Assembly (NCBI GenBank): GCA_034665145.1
Contig: JAXDGI010000007.1
Location: 20,356-84,355 of the forward strand
Length of the DNA stretch: 64,000 nt
Origin: Solirubrobacteraceae bacterium
GTDB taxonomy: Bacteria > Actinomycetota > Thermoleophilia > Solirubrobacterales > Solirubrobacteraceae
Reading direction: 5' to 3'
The notes under the pieces are model-generated. The model did no database searches and was not told the DNA's origin. It saw only the letters and a list, made by a program, of their open reading frames with translations. Both the position numbers and the translations under genes were made by a program. The first letter of the stretch is position 1. Every line of letters begins with the position of its first letter. Below, in pieces: positions 45,861 through 54,985 of the stretch.

Positions 45861-46823
45861 TCACGAGTAGCGCACGCGAGGATCGAGGTAGGCGTAGGAG
45901 ATGTCGACGATGATATTGGCGACGACGATAAAGATTGCCGCCAGGAGGACGGTGCCCTGGACGATCGGAAAGTCGGCATTGATGATCGCCTGCCAGTTCA
46001 GGCGCCCGATGCCAGGGATGTCGAACACGGTCTCTGTGATGACCGCACCGCCCAGCAGGGTGCCGACATCGAGGCCGAAGATCGTCACCACCGGGGTGAT
46101 CGCCGACCGCACGCCGTGGCGCCAGACCACGCGCCGCTCCGCCAGGCCCTTGGCCCGGGCGGTACGAATGTAGTCCTCGCCCATGGCTTCGATCAGACTG
46201 CCGCGCAGCAGCCGCGAGTAGATCGCCGCCGATGTCCCGGCGAGCACGATCCAGGGCAGGATCAGTGACGTGAACCAGTCAACCGGGCTCGAGGTCAGGC
46301 CCACGTAGCTGGCGGCGCCAGGGAAGATGTGGTAGCGGCCGATGTCGTTGGAGAACAGGAACAGGAGCATGATCCCGAACCAGAACACGGGCATCGAGAC
46401 GAACACGAGCGCCACGCCCATGGCCGTGCGGTCCAGCAGGGTGCCGCGCCGGATCGCGGAGATGATCCCGATCGGGATTCCGGACAGCAACCACACCACC
46501 GCCGCTCCCACGGTGAGGGACAGCGTGGCCGGCAGGCGATTGGTGATCAGGCTCAGCACCGAGGCGCCGCTGTAATAGCTGTAGCCGAAGTTGAAGTGAA
46601 GGATGATCCCCTTCATGTAGTTGACGAACTGCGTGTAGATCGGCTGATCGAGTCCGAGCTCGTGACGGATGTGGGCGATCGTCGCGGGGCTGGAGTTGCG
46701 CCCGGCGCGCAGAATCGCGGGGTCGGCCGAGGGGAAAACGTCGAAGAACAGGAAGGTCAGCGCGCTGACGAGGATCAGCAACACGATGCCCCACAGGATG
46801 CGGCGGATGATGTACGTGGTCAT
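45861..46823 (-). CDS. Peptide ABC transporter permease (OppB/DppB-like)
   Basis: MTTYIIRRIL, LGLDQP, EDYIRTARAKG, ITETVF. Confidence 0.93.
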   Translation of the reverse strand: MTTYIIRRILWGIVLLILVSALTFLFFDVFPSADPAILRAGRNSSPATIAHIRHELGLDQPIYTQFVNYMKGIILHFNFGYSYYSGASVLSLITNRLPATLSLTVGAAVVWLLSGIPIGIISAIRRGTLLDRTAMGVALVFVSMPVFWFGIMLLFLFSNDIGRYHIFPGAASYVGLTSSPVDWFTSLILPWIVLAGTSAAIYSRLLRGSLIEAMGEDYIRTARAKGLAERRVVWRHGVRSAITPVVTIFGLDVGTLLGGAVITETVFDIPGIGRLNWQAIINADFPIVQGTVLLAAIFIVVANIIVDISYAYLDPRVRYS

Positions 46824-46896
46824 GGCTGGTGGGTCGGGGAGAAAGAGCGATGGACCCCGCCACACAGGGTGGCGAGGTCCATCGTCAGGACGGCTC

Positions 46897-48747
46897 CTAC
46901 TTCAACGAGGTGAAGGCGAAGTCCCAGGTGCCCTCATTCCAGAGCTGGTTCACGCCGGCGACGTTCTTGCTCTCGATGTTGGGCTGGTTGCCGAACTCCT
47001 CCGGAATCGCGGCGGCATCGGAGACGAGCATCTTGTCGACGTTGGCCCAGGCCTGGGCCCGCGCGGTCGGATCAACCACCAGCGCCGCCTTCTGCATGGC
47101 GGCATTGATGGCCGGGTCATTGGTCTGACTCCAGTTGGAGTTATTGGTGGGCACGATCGCCGGACCGTAGAACGTGGCGTAGAGCACGGACAACGGGTCG
47201 GCGAAGTCCCGGATCCAGCCGACCGTCGGGCAGGCGTCGATGTTCTGCTTGGGTACTCCGCAGTACTTGGAGTACATGGTGGCCTGGTCAACCTCGGTGA
47301 CGTGGGTCTTGAAGCCGAGGCTGGTCATCGCCGAGTTGACGATCTGGATGATCGCCGGATCGTTGCCGCTGTTGGCCCCGACCACCTGCACCGTCGCGTT
47401 GCCGGTGTACTTGCCGCTCTTGTAGCCGGCCAACTTCATGTACTTGGTCGCCACAGCCATGTTGCCGCTGGGATTCTTGTTGAAGTCGACCTGTGGTCCC
47501 GGGTAGCCACCGGCCTGCACAAAGCCGGACACGCCCGGGTAGATGAAGTGTGTCGCGGGCTCGGCGACCAGCGACCCTCCGCGGGCCTTGACGATCGCCG
47601 CCCGATCCAACGCCGCCCAGACCGCGCGGCGAGCATTGACGTTCTTGAACGGACCGGCCTGGTTGTCAAGAGCGACGTAGTGGTCCCCCGAGCCTTGCGT
47701 GAACGTGATCTGCGACGGATACTGCTGGTAGGCCAGCTTGACGTTGGCCTGCGAGGGGGTGTCGAGCTGGATGGCGTTTGAGCCCTTCAACGTCTGCTGC
47801 CCGATGACCGTGGCGTCGCCACCGACGTTGACGTTGATCCGGTCCACGTAGGCGGGGCGGAAGTCGGTCGAGGCCTTCCAGTTCGGGTTACGAACCAGCG
47901 TCTCTGACTTGCCGGGCTGATAGCCGATGCCCTGGATCTTGCCGGTCTTGTCCGCTTGGACCATGTATGGCCCGGTGGCGACGAGATACTGCGAGCCGTA
48001 GGTCGTCGGGCTGTGCTTGTCCAGCGGGGCCACAAACGACTGCGGCAGCGGCGCCGAGATCGGCAGGCTCAAGGCCTGGAGCAGCAGGCCCGCCCCCGGC
48101 TTGGCCATGTGGAAGACGATTGTCGTCTTGTTCGGGGTGGTGATCCCGGGGATCGGGCCGCCCTTCCAGCTCTTGCTGCTGGTACCCAGCAGCGGCGCCG
48201 GAGCACCGGCCCCGAAGTAGGCCGGGAAGTAGGCGTTACCGACGTTGGGGTTGCCGCCGCGCTCGATCGCGTAGGCCACGTCGGCCGAGGTCACGGCCCG
48301 GTTGACCGGGGGCGAGAAGTGGACGTCGGGGCGGATGTGGACGGTCAGGGTCTTGCCGCCGTTGGTGATACCGCCGTTGGAGGTGGTCGGCAACACGGTG
48401 GCGAGATCAGGACGCACGGTGGTCGCGGAGTTCGGTGGGTAGGAGAACAGCGGCCGGTTGGTGGCCTGGATGAGCGCGTAGTCCAGGGCGTAATACGACT
48501 GGCCTGGATCGAGATGCTCGAAGTCGCCGCTCGAGTAGACCTTCAGCGTGCCGCCCTTCTTCTTGCCGGTGAGCTGCTGGCCCACCGGGTTCTCTCCCGC
48601 CTTGAGCGGGATCTTGGGTGAACCGCTGGCTGAGCTCGATCCTCCCCCGGACGAGCTGTTGGAGCTGCTGGAGCCGCACGCGGCGGCGCCAACGGCCAGC
48701 AGCCCGGTGGCCGCAAACGCGGCCAGGCTGCGTGTACTACGCCTCAT
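46897..48747 (-). CDS. ABC transporter substrate-binding lipoprotein, family 5
   Basis: Lipobox-like AAACG, AGGAGG RBS upstream, DPG, PDLA, ATGPY, NARRA. Confidence 0.9.
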   Translation of the reverse strand: MRRSTRSLAAFAATGLLAVGAAACGSSSSNSSSGGGSSSASGSPKIPLKAGENPVGQQLTGKKKGGTLKVYSSGDFEHLDPGQSYYALDYALIQATNRPLFSYPPNSATTVRPDLATVLPTTSNGGITNGGKTLTVHIRPDVHFSPPVNRAVTSADVAYAIERGGNPNVGNAYFPAYFGAGAPAPLLGTSSKSWKGGPIPGITTPNKTTIVFHMAKPGAGLLLQALSLPISAPLPQSFVAPLDKHSPTTYGSQYLVATGPYMVQADKTGKIQGIGYQPGKSETLVRNPNWKASTDFRPAYVDRINVNVGGDATVIGQQTLKGSNAIQLDTPSQANVKLAYQQYPSQITFTQGSGDHYVALDNQAGPFKNVNARRAVWAALDRAAIVKARGGSLVAEPATHFIYPGVSGFVQAGGYPGPQVDFNKNPSGNMAVATKYMKLAGYKSGKYTGNATVQVVGANSGNDPAIIQIVNSAMTSLGFKTHVTEVDQATMYSKYCGVPKQNIDACPTVGWIRDFADPLSVLYATFYGPAIVPTNNSNWSQTNDPAINAAMQKAALVVDPTARAQAWANVDKMLVSDAAAIPEEFGNQPNIESKNVAGVNQLWNEGTWDFAFTSLK

Positions 48748-48798
48748 AGAGCTTCCTCCTGATGGTGTTATCTGCATTGGGCCTGAGCCGGGATCGGC

Positions 48799-49785
48799 TC
48801 ACCGCGACTCCCCGCGCGGGTTAAGTGCGTCAAGCAGCCCGTCGCCGAGCAGGTTGAACGCGAGCACTGTGAGTAGCAGAGCTACTCCGGGAAAGAGGAT
48901 GTACCACCACTCGGTGGTCGATTGGGCCGACGCGTCAGAGATCATCTGTCCCCAGCTGGCGGTCGGCTGCCGGATGCCGACGCCGAGAAAGGACAAGGCG
49001 GCCTCGAACAGGATGTTGGTCGGGATCAGCAGGCTCGAGTAAACGGTCAGCGGCGCGACCAGATTGGGCAGGATCTCCTTGAACAGAATCCGCCGGTTGG
49101 ACGCCCCCAGCGACCTGGAGGCCTCGATGAATTCCTTCTCGCGCAGCGAGAGCACTTGGCCACGGACGATCCGGGCGATGTAGGTGAACGAGGCGATGGT
49201 GATGATGAAGATCACCGTGCCCAGCCCGGGCTGGATCAGGCCGCCGGCGCAGCCGCGGACACCGCAGGCGGCCCCGATGCCGAGCCCCAGGACGAGCACG
49301 GGGAAGGCCAGGAAGACATCGACCGTGCGCGAGATGACGGTGTCCACCCACCCGCGGTAGAAGCCGGCCAACAGCCCCATCACCGTGCCGATCGCGGCCG
49401 CGATCGCCGTCCCGATGATCCCTACCTCGAGCGACACCCGCGAGCCGTAGATGACGCGCGAGAAGACGTCGCGCCCGAGCTGGTCGACGCCGAGGGGATG
49501 CGCGGCGCTCGGCCCGGTGGGAGAGCCAAAGGCGTCGAGCGCATTGGAGTTGTTGACGTAGGGACCCGGAAGACCCAGGACGTCGACGACCAGCGGCGCG
49601 GCGAGGGCGAGGACGATCAGCAGGAGGATGAAGACGGCCGAGACCATCGCCACCCGGTCAGCCCGCAGTCGCCTCCAGAAGAGCGCAAGCGGCGACCGGG
49701 CCGCGACATCAGACGAAACCAGCTCGGCGCTGTCAAGAGTGGCTTCGGACTCGGCAATGAGCTCGGAGCTGGCACCGATGCTCAT
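48799..49785 (-). CDS. Peptide ABC transporter permease (OppC/DppC-like)
   Basis: HPLGVDQLGRD, YGSRVSL, EFIEASRSLGA, EAALSFLG, SWGQMI. Confidence 0.93.
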   Translation of the reverse strand: MSIGASSELIAESEATLDSAELVSSDVAARSPLALFWRRLRADRVAMVSAVFILLLIVLALAAPLVVDVLGLPGPYVNNSNALDAFGSPTGPSAAHPLGVDQLGRDVFSRVIYGSRVSLEVGIIGTAIAAAIGTVMGLLAGFYRGWVDTVISRTVDVFLAFPVLVLGLGIGAACGVRGCAGGLIQPGLGTVIFIITIASFTYIARIVRGQVLSLREKEFIEASRSLGASNRRILFKEILPNLVAPLTVYSSLLIPTNILFEAALSFLGVGIRQPTASWGQMISDASAQSTTEWWYILFPGVALLLTVLAFNLLGDGLLDALNPRGESR

Positions 49786-49943
49786 CGGGTCGTCGGCGGC
49801 GCGCCGCGCCGCACCTCAGCAGCCTCCATGCGCAGATCGAACCATATGCGGCTCCCCATGTCACTCAACATTAATGCAGCCTCAACGAAGCTGGCGCGCC
49901 GGCGTCGCACCCAGCTACGCTGCCGGTTTCGCGCTGCACCTCG

Positions 49944-50015
49944 GCCCTCGTAGCTCAACGGATAGAGCACGCGCCTCCTAAGCGCGGGATGCAGGTTCGA
50001 TTCCTGCCGGGGGCA
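49944..50015 (+). tRNA. tRNA-Arg (anticodon CCT)
   Basis: Acceptor GCCCTCG/CGGGGGC, D arm TAGCTCAACGGATAGAGC, anticodon arm CGCGC-CTCCTAA-GCGCG, T arm CAGG-TTCGATT-CCTG; CCA not encoded. Confidence 0.95.
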
Positions 50016-50112
50016 TCCTGACCGCGCGTGACGACCGGTAGGCGGTGCCGTGCTACGGTCCGCGCGTCGCCGCGTGAGCATCCACGCCCTCGATCGCGGC
50101 CATTCACCTCCA

Positions 50113-51621
50113 GTGTCACGTCGCATCCTGGCAGCCGCCACCGGCGTGGCCTCGTCCCCCGAGGCCACCACGACCACGTCCACGTCTGAGACGTGGACGC
50201 TCCGGCTGTTTTTGCGCCGCCATCCCTGGTGGGGCGTTGCCCTGGGCATGATCGTCCTCTCGGCGGCGATCGTGGAATGGGCCGGCACCCGGCCCGGGTT
50301 TGATCCCTATGGCTGGCTGGTCTGGGGCCATCAGGCGACGACTCTGTCGCTGGACACCAACGCGGCGCCCTCGTGGAAGCCGCTGCCCTTCCTGTTCACC
50401 GTCATCTATGCGCTGGCCGGCCACTATGAGCTGGGACTGTGGATGGTCACCGTGACGGCCGTGTCGTTGAGCGGCGTCGTCTTCGCCGGGCGCATCGTCT
50501 ACCGCCTCACGGGCGCGCCGCCCGAGCGCCGCTGGGCGGGAATCGTGGCCGGGGTACTGGCCGGCGCGATGCTGCTGGGCTTCTCCAACTACTTCCACTA
50601 CGTGCTCAGCTCGCAGTCGGACCCGATGATCGTTGCCCTCTGTCTGGGGGCGATTGACTGCTACGTGTACGGACGCCCACGGGCTGCCTTCGTGCTCGGG
50701 GTGCTGGCCGCGCTGGGCCGGCCCGAGGTGTGGCCGTTTCTGGGCCTGTACTCGCTGTGGCAATGGCGGCGCCGGCCCGAGCTCCGCGGCCTCCTGATCG
50801 GCGGCTGGGTCATCGTCGTGCTGCTCTGGTTCGGCATCCCGGCACTCACATCCCGCAGCCCGTTCGTGGCCGCCTCCAACGCGATGGGCTCCGGCCGGCG
50901 GCTTCACAGCAACAAGATCTTGGGGACGATCGGGCGCTTTTTCAGCATCAATGAGCTGCCCGTGCAGCTGGCCGCGCTGGGCGCCGTGGGTCTCGCCGCG
51001 CTGGGAGTGCGCAGGCCGAGAGGGCGCCAGGGCCGCCATGAAGGCGACCAGCGCGACCTGATCACGCTGGTGCTGGCGGCCGGGGTCGTGCTCTGGGTGA
51101 TCGTCGAGATCGCCTTCGCGCTGCACGGCTGGCCGGCGCTGGCCCGTTACATGTGGGAGGCCGGAGGCGTGCTCGTGGTCCTCGCGGGCATCGGCATCGG
51201 CCGCCTGCTGGCCGACCGACCCGCCGTGCCCCGCCTCCCGGCCTGGGCCGGGATCGGACTTGTCGCGTTGCTCGTGGCCGGCCTGGTGCCGACCGCGATC
51301 ACCCACGCCCGGGCCGAGCACCGCGACCTCAAAGGGCAGCGGCTGCGCACGACCGAGATCCGCCGCCTCACGCCGGCCATCAACCAACTCGGTGGCGTCA
51401 GGCGTCTGGCCGGCTGCGGGGAGCCCCTCACGCGTCTCGAGTATCAGACGATGCTCGCCTACACGCTGAACCTCAATGTCTCCCGGGTCGGCTTCAAGTA
51501 CGGCCAAGCCATCGCCCACGGCAACCCAATCGTGCTCTTCACTCCGACATCGCACGGCTGGCTGATCCAGGCCATGCACCAGACGGCGGCGCGGTGTCGT
51601 TCCCTACCGCAGGCGCGCTGA
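50113..51621 (+). CDS. Polytopic membrane protein, possibly GT-C-like
   Basis: About 10 hydrophobic segments; first loop PGFDPYGWLVWG...PSWKPLP; RPE motif. Start uncertain and function inferred. Confidence 0.65.
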   Translation: MSRRILAAATGVASSPEATTTTSTSETWTLRLFLRRHPWWGVALGMIVLSAAIVEWAGTRPGFDPYGWLVWGHQATTLSLDTNAAPSWKPLPFLFTVIYALAGHYELGLWMVTVTAVSLSGVVFAGRIVYRLTGAPPERRWAGIVAGVLAGAMLLGFSNYFHYVLSSQSDPMIVALCLGAIDCYVYGRPRAAFVLGVLAALGRPEVWPFLGLYSLWQWRRRPELRGLLIGGWVIVVLLWFGIPALTSRSPFVAASNAMGSGRRLHSNKILGTIGRFFSINELPVQLAALGAVGLAALGVRRPRGRQGRHEGDQRDLITLVLAAGVVLWVIVEIAFALHGWPALARYMWEAGGVLVVLAGIGIGRLLADRPAVPRLPAWAGIGLVALLVAGLVPTAITHARAEHRDLKGQRLRTTEIRRLTPAINQLGGVRRLAGCGEPLTRLEYQTMLAYTLNLNVSRVGFKYGQAIAHGNPIVLFTPTSHGWLIQAMHQTAARCRSLPQAR

Positions 51622-51628
51622 GGACCGT

Positions 51629-52189
51629 TCAGGCCCGGTCGGGGCGCTCGGGATAGACCTCGTCGATCGTCGACAGGGCCACGAACGGCGCGGCCGCCGC
51701 CTGCTCGATCGCCTCCGCCCCGCCGGCCAGGCGGTCACAGACGGCGAGGACGCCGCACACCTCATGGCCCTCGTCGCGCAGGGCCTGCAGGGCCTTGATG
51801 GTCGAACCTCCGGTGGTGACGACATCCTCGACGAGCATGCAGCGGTCCCCGGCCTCGAGCTGGGGACCCTCGATCCGCCGCGCCAGCCCGTGGCTCTTGG
51901 TTTCCTTGCGCACGAAGAAGGCCTTGACGTCGGCACCGCCGGCCAGCGCGGCGCAGGCGATCGGATCAGCGCCCATGGTCATCCCGCCCACCGCGCTGGC
52001 CGACCACTGCGCCGCCTGATCAGCTACGAGCTCGGCCAGGGCGGCAAAACCCTCCGGACGCAGAATGGCCCGCTTGGCGTCGACGAGATACTGGGCGGTG
52101 GCACCGCTGGTCAGGACCACCTCGCCGATAACCAGCGCATGGTCGCGCAGCTCCTGCAGCAGACGCTGGCGTGCGTCGCTCACGCTCAC
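51629..52189 (-). CDS. pyrE: Orotate phosphoribosyltransferase
   Basis: LTSG..YLVD, FFVRKETKSHG, PRPP loop VEDVVTTGGS. Confidence 0.92.
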   Translation of the reverse strand: MSVSDARQRLLQELRDHALVIGEVVLTSGATAQYLVDAKRAILRPEGFAALAELVADQAAQWSASAVGGMTMGADPIACAALAGGADVKAFFVRKETKSHGLARRIEGPQLEAGDRCMLVEDVVTTGGSTIKALQALRDEGHEVCGVLAVCDRLAGGAEAIEQAAAAPFVALSTIDEVYPERPDRA

Positions 52190-53208
52190 CGGTAAACGTC
52201 GACGACGTCGCCGAGCGCGAGCCAGTTGTAGATCGAGATCGCGTCCGAGATCGGCACCCGCATGCAGCCGTGGCTGGCCGCGTAGTCGGGCGCCGGGCTG
52301 TAGCCGTGGATCGCGTAACCCGTGTAGAAGAAGCTCGAGTAGTACATGCCGTCGGGCAGGTAGCCGGGCGTGCGGCGGTAGACGCGGAAGTGGCCGAGCA
52401 CGGTTGGGGTCGATGGCTTGCCCGAGCTGATCGGGTAGATCCGGTAGACCTTCGCGCCGTAGATCTCGGCCAGCAGCTGGCGGCCGAGGTTGCCCTCCAC
52501 GTGCTTGCCGTCGTGGGGGTGGCGAACGGGGAAGCTGCCGCGGCCATCGAGCAGGGCGCTGACCGTGCGGCCGTCCAGGTTCTGGGAGAACCCGCGGCGG
52601 AGCAGGCGATGGTAGGCATCCAGGGCCAGACCGGTGTGCTGGTCATAGACCCCGGTGACCGGCACCCACACGTGGAGGGCATTGAGCTGCTGCTGGACGA
52701 GGGTGACGAACGCCCCCCGCGAGCCGAACCCGGCCCCGGTGCCGAGCACCGCCACGGAGCGCTGGTTGAAGAAGGCGCGCATCGACGCGGTGCCCTCATG
52801 GCGGACGCGAACATGGAGGACGCCGAGGCTCGGACTGGCGACGCGCTCGGTGAACACACCCAAGCGCCCGTTGGGCGAGGGCTTGACCCTGAGGCGGTCG
52901 GACTTGACCAGGCGGCGGCCGAGGTAGGAACGCACCGTCACCGACTGTCCGGCCACGTAGGGAGTGACGACGCCCTGGACGCTCAGCGCCCGGCTGGGCA
53001 CGGTCACCGCATTGCCGTGGACGAAGAACGCGTCCCGCACATACAGGTGCACGGAGGCCTTGGCCGGCGCCGGGGTGCTGGTGAGCGTCGTGGCCGGGGG
53101 CGGCGGCTGGCCCGGTGTCCCGGCGGCCAGGGCGGTGCCCGTGGCGGTTGATGCGGCCAGCCCGGCGGCCGTCACCAGCGTGGCGAGGGAAGCGATCCTG
53201 AGGTGCAT
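52186..53208 (-). CDS. Secreted L,D-transpeptidase (YkuD) with a peptidoglycan-binding-like domain
   Basis: Signal peptide; YPISSGKPSTPTVLG; AIHG...ASHGCMRV. Confidence 0.9.
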   Translation of the reverse strand: MHLRIASLATLVTAAGLAASTATGTALAAGTPGQPPPPATTLTSTPAPAKASVHLYVRDAFFVHGNAVTVPSRALSVQGVVTPYVAGQSVTVRSYLGRRLVKSDRLRVKPSPNGRLGVFTERVASPSLGVLHVRVRHEGTASMRAFFNQRSVAVLGTGAGFGSRGAFVTLVQQQLNALHVWVPVTGVYDQHTGLALDAYHRLLRRGFSQNLDGRTVSALLDGRGSFPVRHPHDGKHVEGNLGRQLLAEIYGAKVYRIYPISSGKPSTPTVLGHFRVYRRTPGYLPDGMYYSSFFYTGYAIHGYSPAPDYAASHGCMRVPISDAISIYNWLALGDVVDVYR

Positions 53209-53251
53209 GGCGGGAAAGTAAATCAGCCGCCTGGCCCGATGCCTGGGATTC

Positions 53252-54106
53252 TCAGACCAGACGAGGGGCCCGCACGGCCAGAGGGCCGGTGATGGCGGCC
53301 ACAATCAGCCATGCCCCGACGATCAGCGCGATGATCTCGCCCGCGTTCCAGCCGAGTTGGTTGACGCCCAGCGCGAGGGCATTGTTGGCGCTGTGCAAAG
53401 CGATGCACGGATACAGCGATGCGGTCCGCCAGCGGACGAGACAGAGCACGAAACCGAGGAAGCCGAGGGGGATGAGGTACTGGATCGGGGCCGAGCTGAG
53501 ATGGACGAGGCCAAACAGGATGCCGGTCAGCACGGCGGCCAACCAGACGCCCAGATCGCGCCCAGCCACGGTGATCTTCAGGTGGCGCAGCGCGCCGAAC
53601 ACGAACCCGCGGAAGAACAACTCCTCGGCAATCGGGGCGACAACGCAGACGAAGATGGCGGCCCCGACGAGAGCCGCGGTGCTGTGGGTCACGCCCAGCT
53701 CGCTCGGCAGCTTGTCCTGGCCGTGGAGGCGGAATATGGCGCCGTACATCGCCGTCACCGCGTAGTAGCCGATGACGGCGAGAACGAAGGCAGCCACCGC
53801 CCGGCGCGGAGCCGCCGGACGAAAGCCGAAGTTGGCCAGGCTGGCCCGGCGACCGAGGAAGGCGAAGTACAGCGCCGCGGCAACGAAGCTCAGGTCAAAG
53901 ACGATGTCTCCGGCGATGCTGACCGCCGGGGAGGGATGGCTGAGGCTGGAGCCACCCGCCGCCCCGACGAGCTCGACGAGGATCGTGGCCACTGTGCCCA
54001 AGCCCAGGCCCAGGATGATTGCCGCCGGCACCGTCCACGCCGGCCACGGCGGCACATCAGGTTGCGCTTCGGAGTCAGACACCGGTTCTGGGGGTGGGTC
54101 GGACAT
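53252..54106 (-). CDS. CPBP (CAAX/Abi) intramembrane metalloprotease
   Basis: APIAEELFFRG, LFGLVH, IALHSANN. Confidence 0.92.
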   Translation of the reverse strand: MSDPPPEPVSDSEAQPDVPPWPAWTVPAAIILGLGLGTVATILVELVGAAGGSSLSHPSPAVSIAGDIVFDLSFVAAALYFAFLGRRASLANFGFRPAAPRRAVAAFVLAVIGYYAVTAMYGAIFRLHGQDKLPSELGVTHSTAALVGAAIFVCVVAPIAEELFFRGFVFGALRHLKITVAGRDLGVWLAAVLTGILFGLVHLSSAPIQYLIPLGFLGFVLCLVRWRTASLYPCIALHSANNALALGVNQLGWNAGEIIALIVGAWLIVAAITGPLAVRAPRLV

Positions 54107-54134
54107 GGCTGCCAAGGGTAGGGGCCGCGACGGC

Positions 54135-54848
54135 TCAGGCGAGGCGCGTCAGCTCCCGCAGGCTGGCGATCGTGAGCACGCCCGCGTCGGCGCCGGTGCC
54201 CAGGCGGTCGAGCCATACCGGGCGTATGCCGGCGGCACGGGCGCCGGCCACGTCCTCCTTGAGGGAGTCACCGACATGGATCGCATCGGCGGCGCTGACA
54301 CCGGCCTGAGCCAGGGCCGCCCGGAAGATGGCCGGGTCGGGCTTGGCCGCCCCAGCCGCGGCCGACGTGATCACCCCGTCCAGGCGGGCGGCAACGCCGA
54401 CCCGGTCGAGTACCTCCGGCAACGAGCTGTCCCAGTTGGAAACCGCGACGAGCCGCAGCCCGGACCGGCGGGCGCGGGTCAGCGCCGGCAGGGCGTCGGG
54501 ATAGAGCGTGAAGTGCAGCGAGGCCAGCAGCGCCTCGGCCAGCTCGGCGCTGGAGACCTCCGGCAGACGGCGATCCTCGGGCAGCCCGGAGCGCAGCGCC
54601 TCGGCCGCGGCCAGATGCAACGCGCTCACCCCGGCGGCGTCGGCCGCGCCGTGCATGTGGCGGCGGTAGTAGGCGATCTCCGCGCTCACGGCCCGTTCGG
54701 CCTCGTCGGCGGAGACCGACAGGCCAAACCGGGCGGCCAGCTCGCGGCGCAGCCGCGGGCCGGGGGGCGTCAGACGGACGAGGGTCCCCATCGCGTCCAG
54801 GAGCAGAGCCCGAGGGGCGAAATCCAGCAGCTGCATGGTTCGTGACAT
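54135..54848 (-). CDS. HAD-superfamily hydrolase
   Basis: LLLDAMGTL, VSNWD, KPDPAIF, HVGDSLKED. Confidence 0.9.
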   Translation of the reverse strand: MSRTMQLLDFAPRALLLDAMGTLVRLTPPGPRLRRELAARFGLSVSADEAERAVSAEIAYYRRHMHGAADAAGVSALHLAAAEALRSGLPEDRRLPEVSSAELAEALLASLHFTLYPDALPALTRARRSGLRLVAVSNWDSSLPEVLDRVGVAARLDGVITSAAAGAAKPDPAIFRAALAQAGVSAADAIHVGDSLKEDVAGARAAGIRPVWLDRLGTGADAGVLTIASLRELTRLA

Positions 54849-54985
54849 GAGGACTGGGCTGAGCGCACCGGGCAGGAGCCTGTGCGGGCGGAACGAAACA
54901 CCTTTGGAGCTACACTGGCTGATCCGTTCGGCGCCGCCGTGACCGCGCCCGAGCGACCGCAGTCAGCAGGCCACCACGCTACTCC

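Noticed and set aside
49944-50015. tRNA-Arg as the integration site of a genomic island
   Set aside because: No integrase, no duplicated tRNA 3' end seen, and the flanking genes look like core genome.
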